Of a stretch of DNA of 64,000 nucleotides, positions 1 through 18,000 are shown piece by piece. Below the pieces are notes generated by a model. That model saw only the letters and a program-made list of their open reading frames with translations, was not told the origin of the DNA and did no database searches. Source of the DNA: Eledone cirrhosa (taxonomy: Eukaryota); the NCBI GenBank assembly GCA_964016885.1, contig OZ024740.1:16864001-16928000 (forward strand). The letters are read 5' to 3'. The position numbers and the translations under genes are program-made. Each line of letters opens with the position of its first letter. Position 1 is the stretch's first letter.

Positions 1-3000
1 ACCACCACAACAACAACCACCACCACAACAACCACCACCTCAACAACATTCACCACAACTACAACCACGACCACAACTACAACCACCACCACAACAACAA
101 CCACCACCACAACAACCACCACAACAACAATCACCACAACTACAACCACCACCACAACTACAACCACCACCACAACAACCACCACAACTACAACCACCAC
201 CACAACAACAACCACCACCACAACAACCACCACCACAACAACCACCACCACAACAACAATCACCACAACTACAACCACCACCACAACTACAACCACCACC
301 ACAACAACAACCACCACCACAACAACAATCACCACAACTACAACCACCACCACAACAACCACCTCCACAACTACAACCACTACAACAACAACCACCACCA
401 CAACAACCACCACCACAACAACCACCACCACAACAACAACCACCACAACAACAACCACCACAACAACAACCACCACAACAACAACCACCACTACAAAAAC
501 CACCACAACAACAACCACCACCACAACAACAACCACCACTACAACCACCACCACAACAACAATCCCCACAACTACAACCACCACCACAACTACAACCACC
601 ACCACAACAACAACCACCACCACAACAACCACCACAACAACAATCACCACAACTACAACCACCACCACAACAACCACCACCACAACAACCACCACCACAA
701 CAACCACCACAACAACAATCACCACAACTACAAACACCACCACAACAACAACCACCACAACTACCACCACCACAACAACCACCACCACAACAACCACAAC
801 CACAACAACAACCACCACCACAACAACCACCACCACAACAACCACCACCACAACAACCACCAACACAACAACAACCACCACAACAACAACCACCACAACA
901 ACAACCACCACCACAACAACCACCACCACAACAACCACCACCACAACAACCACCACCACAACAACACCCACCACAACAACAACCACCACAACAACAACCA
1001 CCACAACAACAACCACCACAACAACAACCACCACAACAACAACCACCAACACAACAACCACCACCACAACAACAATCACCACAACTACAACCACCACCAC
1101 AACTACAACCACCACCACAACAACAACCACCACCACAACAACCACCACAACAACAATAACCACAACTACAACCCCCACCACAACAACCACCACCACAACA
1201 ACCACCACCACAACAACAACCACCACAATTACAACCACCACCACAACAACCACCACCACAACAATCACCACCACAACAACCACCACCACAACAACCACCA
1301 CCACAACAACAACCACCACAACTACAACCACCACCACAACAACCACCACCACAACAACCACTACAACAACAACCACCACCACAACAATCACCACAACTAC
1401 AACCACCACCACAACAACCACCACCACAACAACAATCACCACAACTACAACCCCCACCACAACTACAACCACCACCACAACAACAACCACCACCACAACA
1501 ACCACCACCACAACAATCACCACAACTACAACCACCACCACAACAACCACCACCACAACAACAATCACCACAACTACAACCACCACAGCTACAACCACCA
1601 CCACAACAACAACCACCACCACAACAACAATCACCACAACTACAACCACCACCACAACAACCACCACCACAACAACCACCACCACAACAACAATCACCCC
1701 AACTACAACCACCACCACAACAACCACCACCACAACAACCACCACCACAACAACCTCACCACAACTACAACCACCACCACAACTACAACCACCACCACAA
1801 CAACAACCACCACCACAACAACCACCACCACAACAACCACCACCACAACAACAATCACCACCACAACAACCATCACCACAACAACCACCACCACAACAAA
1901 CACCACCACAACAACAACCAACACCACAACAACCACCACCACAACAAGCACCACCACAACAACAATCACCACAACTACAACCACCACCACAACTACAACC
2001 ACCACCACCACAACAACCACCACTACAACAACAATCACCACAACAACAATCACCACAACAACAACAACCACCACCACAACAACCACCACCACAACAACAA
2101 CCACCACCACAACAACAATCACCACAACTACGACCACCACCACAACTACAACCACCACCACCACAACAACCACCACTACAACAACAATCACCACAACAAC
2201 AATCACCACAACAACCACAACCACAACAACAATCACCACAACTACAACCACCACCACAACAACAACCACCACCACAACAAACACCACCACAACAACCACC
2301 ACCACAACAACAATCATCACAACTACAACCACCACCACAACTACAACCACACCCACAACAACCACCACCACAACAACCACCACCACAACAACCACCACCA
2401 CAACAACAATCACCACAACTACAACCACCACAACTACAACCACCACCACAACAACTACCACCACCACAACAACAATCACCACAACTACAACCACCACCAC
2501 AACTACAACCAACACCACAACAACAACCACCACCACAACAACCACCACAACAACAATAACCACAACTACAACCCCCACCACAACAACCACCACCACAACA
2601 ACCACCACCACAACAACAACCACCACAACTATGACCACCACCACAACAACCACCACCACAACAATCACCACCACAACAACCACCACCACAACAACCACCA
2701 CCACAACAACAACCACCACAACTACAACCACCACCACAACAATCACCACGACTACAACCACCACAGCTACAACCATCACCACAACAACAACCACCACCAC
2801 AACAACAATCACCACAACTACAACCACCACAACTACAACCACCACCACCACAACAACAATCACCACAACTACAACCACCACCACAACTACAACCACCACC
2901 ACAACAACAACCACCTCCACAACAACCACCACAACAACAATAACCACAACTACAACCCCCACCACAACAACCACCACCACAACAACAACCACCACCACAA

Positions 3001-6000
3001 CAATCACCACAACTACAACCACCACCACAACAACCACCACCACAACAACAATCACCACAACTACAACCCCCACCACAACTACAACCACCACCACAACAAC
3101 AACCACCACCACAACAACCACCACCACAACAATCACCACAACTACAACCACCACAGCCACAACCACCACCACAACAACAACCACCACCACAACAACAATC
3201 ACCACAACTACAACCACCACCACAACAACCACCACCACAACAACCACCACCACAACAACAATCACCCCAACTACAACCACCACCACAACAACCACCACCA
3301 CAACAACCACCACCACAACAACCTCACCACAACTACAACCACCACCACAACTACAATCACCACAACTACAACCACCACCACAACTACAACCACCACAGCT
3401 ACAACCACCACCACAACAACAACCACCACCACAACAACAATCACCACAACTACAACCACCACAACTACAACCACCACCACAACAACAATCACCACAACTA
3501 CAACCACCACCACAACTACAACCACCACTTCAACAACAACCACCTCCACAACAACCACCACAACAACAATAACCACAACTACAACCCCCACCACAACAAC
3601 CACCACCACAACAACAACCACCACCACAACAATCACCACAACTACAACCACCACCACAACAACCACCACCACAACAACAATCACCACAACTACAACCCCC
3701 ACCACAACTACAACCACCACCACAACAACAACCACCACCACAACAACCACCACCACAACAATCACCACAACTACAACCACCACAGCCACAACCACCACCA
3801 CAACAACAACCACCACCACAACAACAATCACCACAACTACAACCACCACCACAACAACCACCACCACAACAACCACCACCACAACAACAATCACCCCAAC
3901 TACAACCACCACCACAACAACCACCACCACAACAACAACCACCACCACAACAACCACCACCACAACAACCACCACCACAACAACAATCACCACAACTACA
4001 ACCACCACCACAACTACAACCACCACCACCACAACAACCACCACTACAACAACAATCACCACAACAACAATCACCACAACTACAACCACCACCACAACAA
4101 CCACCACCACAACAACAACCACCACCACAACAACCACCACCAAAACAACCACCACCACAACTACAACCACCACTACAACAACAATCACCACAACAACAAT
4201 CACCACAACAACCACCACCACAACAACAATCACCACAACTACAACCACCACCACAACAACAACCACCATCACAACAACCACCACCACAACAACCACCACC
4301 ACAACAACCACCACCACAACAACCACCACCACAACAACAACCACCACAAATACAACCACCACCACAACCACCACCACAACAACCACTACAACAACAACCA
4401 CCACCACAACAATCACCACAACTACAACCACCACCACAACAACCACTACCACAACAACAATCACCACAACTACAACCCCCACCACAACTACAACCACCAC
4501 CACAACAACAACCACCACCACAACAACCACCACCACAACAACAAGCACCACAACTACAACCACCACAACTACAACCACCACCACAACAACAACCACCACC
4601 ACAACAACAATCACCACAATTACAACCACCACCACAACAACCACCACCACAACAACCACCACCACAACAAACACCACCACAACAACCACCACCACAACAA
4701 CAATCATCACAACTACAACCACCACCACAACTACAACCACACCCACAACAACCACCACCACAACAACCACCACCACAACAACAATCACCACAACAACAAT
4801 CACCACAACAACCACCACCACAACAACAATCACCACAACTACAACCAACACCACAACAACCACCACCACCACAACAACCACCACCACAACAACCACCACC
4901 ACAACAACAATCACCACAACTACAACCACCACCACAACTACAACCACCACCACCACAACAACCACCACTACAACAACAATCACCACAACAACAATCACCA
5001 CAACAACCACCACCACAACAACAATCACCACAACTACAACCACCACCACAACAACAACCACCACCACAACAACCACCACCACAACAACCACCACCACAAC
5101 AACAATCATCACAACTACAACCACCACCACAACTACAACCACCACCACAACACCCACCACCACAACAACCACCACAACAACAACCACCACCACAACAACC
5201 ACCACCACAACAACAATCACCACAACAACCACCACCACAACAACAATCACCACAACTACAACCACCACCACAACAACCACCACCACAACAACAATCACCA
5301 CAACTACAACCATCACCACAACAACAATCACCACAACTACAACCACCACCACAACAACCACCACCACAACAACCACCACCACAACAACAATCACCACAAC
5401 TACAACCACCACCACAACTACGACCACCACCACAACAACAATTACCACCACAACAACCACCACAACAACAATCACCACAATTACAACCACCACCACAACA
5501 ACCACCACCACAACAACCATCACCACAACAACCACCACCACAACAACCACCATCACAACAACCACCACCACAACAACAACCACCACAACTACAACCACCA
5601 CCACAACAACCACCACCACAACAACCACCACCACAACAACCACCACCACAACAACAACCACCACAACTACAACCACCACCACCACAACCACCACCACAAC
5701 AACCACTACAACTACAACCACCTCCACAACAACCACCACCACAACAACAATCACCACAACTACAAACCCCACCACAACTACAACCACCACCACAACAACA
5801 ACCACCACCACAACAACCACCACCACAACAATCACCACAACTACAACCACCACCACAACAACCACCACCACAACAACAATCACCACAACTACAACCACCA
5901 CAACTACAACCACCACCACAACAACTACCACCACCACAACAACAATCACCACAACTACAACCACCACCACAACTACAACCAACACCACAACAACAACCAC

Positions 6001-9000
6001 CACCACAACAACCACCACAACAACAATAACCACAACTACAACCCCCACCACAACAACCACCACCACAACAACCACCACCACAACAACAACCACCACAACT
6101 ACGACCACCACCACAACAACCACCACCACAACAATCACCACCACAACAACCACCACCACAACAACCACCACCACAACAACAACCACCACAACTACAACCA
6201 CCACCACAACAATCACCACGACTACAACCTCCACAGCTACAACCATCACCACAACAACAACCACCACCACAACAACAATCACCACAACTACAACCACCAC
6301 AACTACAACCACCACCACAACAACAATCACCACAACTACAACCACCACCACAACTACAACCACCACCACAACAACAACCACCTCCACAACAACCACCACA
6401 ACAACAATAACCACAACTACAACCCCCACCACAACAACCACCACCACAACAACAACCACCACCACAACAATCACCACAACTACAACCACCACCACAACAA
6501 CCACCACCACAACAACAATCACCACAACTACAACCCCCACCACAACTACAACCACCACCACAACAACAACCACCACCACAACAACCACCACCACAACAAT
6601 CACCACAACTACAACCACCACAGCCACAACCACCACCACAACAACAACCACCACCACAACAACAATCACCACAACTACAACCACCACCACAACAACCACC
6701 ACCACAACAACCACCACCACAACAACAATCACCCCAACTACAACCACCACCACAACAACCACCACCACAACAACCACCACCACAACAACCTCACCACAAC
6801 TACAACCACCACCACAACTACAATCACCACAACTACAACCACCACCACAACTACAACCACCACAGCTACAACCACCACCACAACAACAACCACCACCACA
6901 ACAACAATCACCACAACTACAACCACCACAACTACAACCACCACCACAACAACAATCACCACAACTACAACCACCACCACAACTACAACCACCACCACAA
7001 CAACAACCACCTCCACAACAACCACCACAACAACAATAACCACAACTACAACCCCCACCACAACAACCACCACCACAACAACAACCACCACCACAACAAT
7101 CACCACAACTACAACCACCACCACAACAACCACCACCACAACAACAATCACCACAACTACAACCCCCACCACAACTACAACCACCACCACAACAACAACC
7201 ACCACCACAACAACCACCACCACAACAATCACCACAACTACAACCACCACAGCCACAACCACCACCACAACAACAACCACCACCACAACAACAATCACCA
7301 CAACTACAACCACCACCACAACAACCACCACCACAACAACCACCACCACAACAACAATCACCCCAACTACAACCACCACCACAACAACCACCACCACAAC
7401 AACAACCACCACCACAACAACCACCACCACAACAAGCACCACCACAACAACAATCACCACAACTACAACCACCACCACAACTACAACCACCACCACCACA
7501 ACAACCACCACTACAACAACAATCACCACAACAACAATCACCACAACTACAACCACCACCACAACAACCACCACCACAACAACAACCACCACCACAACAA
7601 CCACCACCAAAACAACCACCACCACAACTACAACCACCACTACAACAACAATCACCACAACAACAATCACCACAACAACCACCACCACAACAACAATCAC
7701 CACAACTACAACCACCACCACAACAACAACCACCATCACAACAACCACCACCACAACAACCACCACCACAACAACCACCACCACAACAACCACCACCACA
7801 ACAACAACCACCACAAATACAACCACCACCTCCACAACCACCACCACAACAACCACTACAACAACAACCACCACCACAACAATCACCACAACTACAACCA
7901 CCACCACAACAACCACTACCACAACAACAATCACCACAACTACAACCCCCACCACAACTACAACCACCACCACAACAACAACCACCACCACAACAACCAC
8001 CACCACAACAACAAGCACCACAACTACAACCACCACAACTACAACCACCACCACAACAACAACCACCACCACAACAACAATCACCACAATTACAACCACC
8101 ACCACAACAACCACCACCACAACAACCACCACCACAACAACAATCACCCCAACTACAACCACCACCACAACAACCACCACAACAACAACCACCACCACAA
8201 CAACAATCACCACAGCTACAACCACCACCACAACTACAACCACCACCACAACAACAACCACCACCAAACAACCACCACCACAACAACCACCTCCACAACA
8301 ACAATCACCACAACAACCACCACCACAACAACCACCACCACAACAACCACCACCACAACAACAATCACCACAACTACAACCAACACCACAACAACAACCA
8401 CCACCACAACAACCACCACAACAACAATCACCACAACTACAACCACCACCACAACAACCACCACCACAACAACCACCACCACAACAACCACCACCACAAC
8501 AACAACCACCACAACTACAACCACCACCACCACAACCACCACCACAACAACCACTACAACAACAACCACCACCACAACAACCACCACAACAACAATCACC
8601 ACAACTACAACCACCACCACAACAACAATCACCACAACTACAACCACCACCACAACAACAACCACCACCACAACAAACACCACCACAACAACCACCACCA
8701 CAACAACAATCATCACAACTACAACCACCACCACAACTACAACCACACCCACAACAACCACCACCACAACAACCACCACCACAACAACAATCACCACAAC
8801 AATCACCACAACAACCACCACCACAACAACAATCACCACAACTACAACCACCACCACAACTACAACCACCACCACCACAACAACCACCACTACAACAACA
8901 ATCACCACAACAACAATCACCACAACAACCACCACCACAACAACAATCACCACAACTACAACCACCACCACAACAACAACCACCACCACAACAGCCACCA

Positions 9001-12000
9001 CCACAACAACCACCACCACAACAACAATCACCACAACTACAACCACCACCACAACTACAACCACCACCACAACAACAACCACCTCCACAACAACCACCAC
9101 AACAACAATAACCACAACTACAACCCCCACCACAACAACCACCACCACAACAACAACCACCACCACAACAATCACCACAACTACAACCACCACCACAACA
9201 ACCACCACCACAACAACCACCACCACAACAACAATCACCACAACTACAACCCCCACCACAACTACAACCACCACCACAACAACAACCACCACAACAACAA
9301 CCACCACCACAACAATCACCACAACTACAACCACCACAGCTACAACCACCACCACAACAACAACCACCACCACAACAACAATCACCACAACTACAACCAC
9401 CACCACAACAACCCCCACCACAACAACCACCACCACAACAACAATCACCCCAAATATAACCACCACCACAACAACCACCACCACAACAACCACCACCACA
9501 ACAACCTCACCACAACTACAACCACCACCACAACTACAACCACCACCACAACAACAACCACCACCACAACAACCACCACCACAACAACCACCACCACAAC
9601 AACCACCACCACAACAACCACCACCACAACAACAACCACCACCACAACAACCACCACCACAACAAGCACCACCACAACAACAATCACCACAACTACAACC
9701 ACCACCACAACTACAACCACCACCACCACAACAACCACCACTACAACAACAATCACCACAACAACAATCACCACAACAACAACAACCACCACCACAACAA
9801 CCACCACCACAACAACCACCAACTCCACAACAACAATCACCACAACTACAACCACCACCACAACAACCACCACCACAACAACAACCACCACCACACAACC
9901 ACCACCACAACAACCACCACCACAACAACCACCACCACAACTACAACCACCACTACAACAACAATCACCACAACAACAATCACCACAACAACCACCACCA
10001 CAACAACAATCACCACAACTACAACCACCACCACAACAACAACCACCATCACAACAACCACCACCACAACAACCACCACCACAACAACCAACACCACAAC
10101 AACCACCACCACAACAACAACCACCACAACAACAACCACCACCACAACAACCACCACCACAACAACAAGCACCACAACTACAACCACCCCAACTACAACC
10201 ACCACCACAACAACAACCACCACCACAACAACAATCACCACAATTACAACCACCACCACAACAACCACCACCACAACAACCACCACCACAACAACAATCA
10301 CCCCAACTACAACCACCACCACAACAACCACCACCACAACAACCACCACCACAACAACAATCACCACAACTCCAACCACCACCACAACTACAACCACCAC
10401 CACAACAACAACCACCACCACAACATCCACCACCACAACAACCACCTCCACAACAACAATCACCACAACTACAACCACCACCACAACAACCACCACCACA
10501 ACAACCACCACCACAACAACAATCACCACAACTACAACCACCACCACAACAACAACCACCACCACAACAACCACCACAACAACAATCACCGCAACTACAA
10601 CCACCACCACAACAACCACCACCACAACAACCACCACCACAACAACCACCACCACAACAACAACCACCACAACTACAACCACCACCACCACAACCACCAC
10701 CACAACCACCACTACAACAACAACCACCACCACAACAACCACCACAACAACAATCACCACAACTACAACCACCACCACAACAACAATCACCACAACTACA
10801 ACCACCACCACAACAACAACCACCACCACAACAAACACCACCACAACAACCACCACCACAACAACAATCATCACAACTACAACCACCACCACAACTACAA
10901 CCACACCCACAACAACCACCACCACAACAACCACCACCACAACAACAATCACCACAACAACAATCACCACAACAACCACCACCACAACAACAATCACCAC
11001 AACTACAACCAACACCACAACAACCACCACCACCACAACAACCACAACCACAACAACCACCACCACAACAACAATCACCACAACTACAACCACCACCACC
11101 ACAACAACCACCACTACAACAACAATCACCACAACAACAATCACCACAACAGCCACCACCACAACAACAATCACCACAACTACAACTACCACCACAAAAA
11201 CAACCACCACCACAACAACCACCACCACAACAACCACCACCACAACAACAATCATCACAACTACAACCACCACCACAACTACAACCACCACCACAACAAC
11301 CACCACAACAACAACCACCACCACAACAACCACCACCACAACAAGAATCACCACAACAACCACCACCACAACAACAATCACCACAACTACAACCACCACC
11401 ACAACAACCACCACCACAACAACAATCACCACAACTACAACCATCACCACAACAACAATCACCACAACTACAGCCACCACCACAACAACCACCACCACAA
11501 CAACCACCACCACAACAACAATCACCACAACTACAACCACCACCACAACTACGACCACCACCACAACAACAACCACCACCACAACAACCACCACAACAAC
11601 AATCACCACAACTACAACCACCACCACAACAACAATCACCACAACTACAACCACCACCACAACAACAACCACCACCACAACAAACACCACCACAACAACC
11701 ACCACCACAACAACAATCATCACAACTACAACCACCACCACAACTACAACCACACCCACAACAACCACCACCACAACAACCACCACCACAACAACAATCA
11801 CCACAACAACAATCACCACAACAACCACCACCACAACAACAATCACCACAACTACAACCAACACCACAACAACCACCACCACCACAACAACCACCACCAC
11901 AACAACCACCACCACAACAACAATCACCACAATTACAACCACCACCACAACTACAACCACCACCACCACAACAACCACCACTACAACAACAATCACCACA

Positions 12001-15000
12001 ACAACAATCACCACAACAACCACCACCACAACAACAATCACCACAACTACAACCACCACCACAACTACAACCACCACCACAACAACAACCACCTCCACAA
12101 CAACCACCACAACAACAATAACCACAACTACAACCCCCACCACAACAACCACCACCACAACAACAACCACCACCACAACAACCACCACCACAACAATCAC
12201 CACAACTACAACCACCACAGCTACAACCACCACCACAACAACAACCACCACCACAACAACAATCACCACAACTACAACCACCACCACAACAACCACCACC
12301 ACAAGAACCACCACCACAACAACAATCACCCCAACTACAACCACCACCACAACAACCACCACCACAACAACCACCACCACAACAACCTCACCACAACTAC
12401 AACCACCACCACAACTACAACCACCACCACAACAACAACAACCACCACAACAACCACCACCACAACAACCACCACCACAACAACCACCACCACAACAACC
12501 ACCACCACAACAACAACCACCACCACAACAACCACCACCACAACAAGCACCACCACAACAACAATCACCACAACTACAACCACCACCACAACTACAACCA
12601 CCACCACCATAACAACCACCACTACAACAACAATCACCAAAACAACAATCACCACAACAACAACAACCACCACCACAACAACCACCACCACAACAACCAC
12701 CAACTCCACAACAACAATCACCACAACTACAACCACCACCACAACAACCACCACCACAACAACAACCACCACCACAACAACCACCACCACAACAACCACC
12801 ACCACAACTACAACCACCACTACAACAACAATCACCACAACAACAATCACCACAACAACCACCACCACAACAACAATCACCTCAACTACAACCACCACCA
12901 CAACAACAACCACCATCACAACAACCACCACCACAACAACCACCACCACAACAACCAACACCACAACAACCACCACCACAACAACAACCACCACAACTAC
13001 AACCACCACCACCACAACCACCACCACAACAACCACTACAACAACAACCACCACCACAACAATCACCACAACTACAACCACCACCACAACAACCACCACC
13101 ACAACAACAATCACCACAACTACAACCCCCACCACAACTACAACCACCACCACAACAACAACCACCACCACAACAACCACCACCACAACAACAAGCACCA
13201 CAACTACAACCACCACAACTACAACCACCACCACAACAACAACCACCACCACAACAACAATCACCACAATTACAACCACCACCACAACAACCACCACCAC
13301 AACAACCACCACCACAACAACCACCACCACAACAACAATCACCACAACTACAACCACCACCACAACTACAACCACCACCACAACAACAACCACCACCACA
13401 ACAACCACCACCACAACAACCACCTCCACAACAACAATCACCACAACTACAACCACCACCACAACAACCACCACCACAACAAAAACCACCACAACAACAA
13501 TCACCACAACTACAACCACCACCACAACAACAACCACCACCACAACAACCACCACAACAACAATCACCACAACTACAACCACCACCACAACAACCACCAC
13601 CACAACAACCACCACCACAACAACCACCACCACAACAACAACCACCACAACTACAACCACCACCACCACAACCACCACCACAACAACCACTACAACAACA
13701 ACCACCACCACAACAACAATCACCACAACTACAACCACCACCACAACAACCACCACCACAACAACCACCACCACAACAACCACCACCACAACAACAATCA
13801 CCACAACTACAACCACCACCACAACAACAATCACCACAACTACAACCACCACCACAACAACAACCACCACCACAACAAACACCACCACAACAACCACCAC
13901 CACAACAACAATCATCACAACTACAACCACCACCACAACTACAACCACACCCACAACAACCACCACCACAACAACCACCACCACAACAACAATCACCACA
14001 ACAACAATCACCACAACAACCACCACCACAACAACAATCACCACAACTACAACCAACACCACAACAACCACCACCACCACAACAACCACCACCACAACAA
14101 CCACCACCACAACAACAATCACCACAACTACAACCACCACCACAACTACAACCACCACCACCACAACAACCACCACTACAACAACAATCACCACAACAAC
14201 AATCACCACAACAACCACCACCACAACAACAATCACCACAACTACAACCACCACCACAACAACAACCACCACCACAACAACCACCACCACAACAACCACC
14301 ACCACAACAACAATCATCACAACTACAACCACCACCACAACTACAACCACCACCACAACAACCACCAACACAACAACCACTACAACAACAACCACCACCA
14401 CAACAACCACCACCACAACAAGAATCACCACAACAACCACCACCACAACAACAATCACCACAACTACAACCACCACCACAACAACCACCACCACAACAAC
14501 AATCACCACAACTACAACCATCACCACAACAACAATCACCACAACTACAGCCACCACCACAACAACCACCACCACAACAACCACCACCACAACAACAATC
14601 ACCACAACTACAACCACCACCACAACTACGACCACCACCACTACAACAACCACCACCACAACAACCACCACAACAACAATCACCACAACTACAACCACCA
14701 CCACAACAACCACCACCACAACAACCACCACCACAACAACAACCACCACAACTACAACCACCACCACCACAACCACCACCACAACAAACACCACCACAAC
14801 AACCACCACCACAACAACAATCACCACAACAACAATCACCACAACAACCACCACCACAACAACAATCACCACAACTACAACCACCACCACAACAACCACC
14901 ACCACAACAACAATCACCACAACTACAACCATCACCACAACAACAATCACCACAACTACAGCCACCACCACAACTACAACCACCACCACCGCAACCACCA

Positions 15001-18000
15001 CCACAACAACCACTACAACAACAACCACCACCACAACAACCACCACAACAACAATCACCACAACTACAACCACCACCACAACAACCACCACCACAACAAC
15101 CACCACCACAACAACAACCACCACAACTACAACCACCACCACCACAACCACCACCACAACAACCACTACAACAACAACCACCACAACAACAACCACCACA
15201 ACAACAATCACCACAACTACAACCACCACCACAACAACAATCACCACAACTACAACCAACACCACAACAACCACCACCACCACAACAACCACCACCACAA
15301 CAACCACCACCACAACAACAATTACCACAATTACAACCACCACCACAACTACAACCACCACCACCACAACAACCACCACTACAACAACAATCACCACAAC
15401 AACAATCACCACAACAACCACCACCACAACAACAATCACCACAACTACAACCACCACCACAACAACAACCACCACCACAACAACCACCACCACAACAACC
15501 ACCACCACAACAACAATCACCACAACAACAACCACCACCACAACTACAACCACCACCACAACAACAACCACCTCCACAACAACCACCACAACAACAATAA
15601 CCACAACTACAACCCCCACCACAACAACCACCACCACAACAACAACCACCACCACAACAATCACCACAACTACAACCACCACCACAACAACCACCACCAC
15701 AACAACAATCACCACAACTACAACCCCCACCACAACTACAACCACCACCACAACAACAACCACCACCACAACAACCACCACCACAACAATCACCACAACT
15801 ACAACCACCACAGCTACAACCACCACCACAACAACAACCACCACCACAACAACAATCACCACAACTACAACCACCACCACAACAACCACCACCACAACAA
15901 CCACCACCACAACAACAATCACCCCAACTACAACCACCACCACAACAACCACCACCACAACAACCACCACCACAACAACCTCACCACAACTACAACCACC
16001 ACCACAACTACAACCACCACCACAACAACAACCACCACCACAACAACCACCACCACAACAACCACCACCACAACAACCACCACCACAACAACCACCACCA
16101 CAACAACAACCACCACCACAACAACCACCACCACAACAAGCACCACCACAACAACAATCACCACAACTACAACCACCACCACACCTACAACCACCACCAC
16201 CACAACAACCACCACTACAACAACAATCACCACAACAACAATCACCACAACAACAACAACCACCACCACAACAACCACCACCACAACAACCACCACCACC
16301 ACAACAACAATCACCACAACTACAACCACCACCACAACAACCACCACCACAACAACAACCACCACCACAACAACCACCACCACAACAACCACCACCACAA
16401 CTACAACCACCACTACAACAACAATCACCACAACAACAATCACCACAACTACAACCACCACCACAACTACAACCAACACAACAACAACCACCACAAAAAC
16501 AACCACCACAACAACAACCACCACAACAACAACCACCACCTCAACAACATTCACCACAACTACAACCACGACCACAACTACAACCACCACCACAACAACA
16601 ACGACCACCACAACAACCACCACAACAACAATCACCACAACTACAACCACCACCACAACTACAACCACCACCACAACAACCACCACAACTACAACCACCA
16701 CCACAACAACAACCACCACCACAACAACCAGCACCACAACAACCACCACCACAACAACAATCACCACAACTACAACCACCACCACAACTACAACCACCAC
16801 CACAACAACAACCACCACCACAACAACAATCACCACAACTACAACCACCACCACAACAACCACCTCCACAACTACAACCACTACAACAACAACCACCACC
16901 ACAACAACCACCACCACAACAACCACCACCACAACAACCACCACCACAACAACAACCACCACAACAACAACCACCACAACAAAAACCACCACAACAACAA
17001 CCACCACCACAACTACAACCACGACCACAACTACAACCACCACCACAACAACAACGACCACCACAACAACCACCACAACAACAATCACCACAACTACAAC
17101 CACCACCACAACTACAACCACCACCACAACAACCACCACAACTACAACCACCACCACAACAACAACCACCACCACAACAACCAGCACCACAACAACCACC
17201 ACCACAACAACAATCACCACAACTACAACCACCACAACTACAACCACCACCACAACAACAACCACCACCACAACAACAATCACCACAACTACAACCACCA
17301 CCACAACAACCACCTCCACAACTACAACCACTACAACAACAACCACCACCACAACAACCACCACCACAACAACCACCACCACAACAACCACCACCACAAC
17401 AACAACCACCACAACAACAACCACCACAACAAAAACCACCACAACAACAACCACCACCACAACAACAACCACCACTACAACCACCACCACAACAACAATC
17501 CCCACAACTACAACCACCACCACAACTACAACCACCACCACAACAACAACCACCACCACAACAACCACCACAACAACAATCACCACAACTACAACCACCA
17601 CCACAACAACCACCACCACAACAACCACCACAACAACAATCACCACAACTACAAACACCACAACAACAACCACCACCACAACAACCACCACCACAACAGC
17701 CACCACCACAACAACCACAACCACAACAACAACCACCACCACAACAACCACCACCATAACAACCACCACCACAACAACCACCAACACAACAACAACCACC
17801 ACAACAACAAGCACCACAACAACAACCACCACCACAACAACCACCACCACAACAACCACCACCACAACAACCACCACCACAACAACAACCACCACAACAA
17901 CAACCACCACAACAACAACCACCACAACAACAACCACCACAACAACAACCACCACAACAACAACCACCACAACAACAACCACCAACACAACAACCACAAC

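Noticed and set aside
2631-3572. ATG-initiated poly-Thr / Pro-Gln ORF suggesting a mucin
   Set aside because: The ATG is a point variant of ACG/ACA inside the array. There is no signal peptide, and the frame switch is the recurrent satellite deletion.
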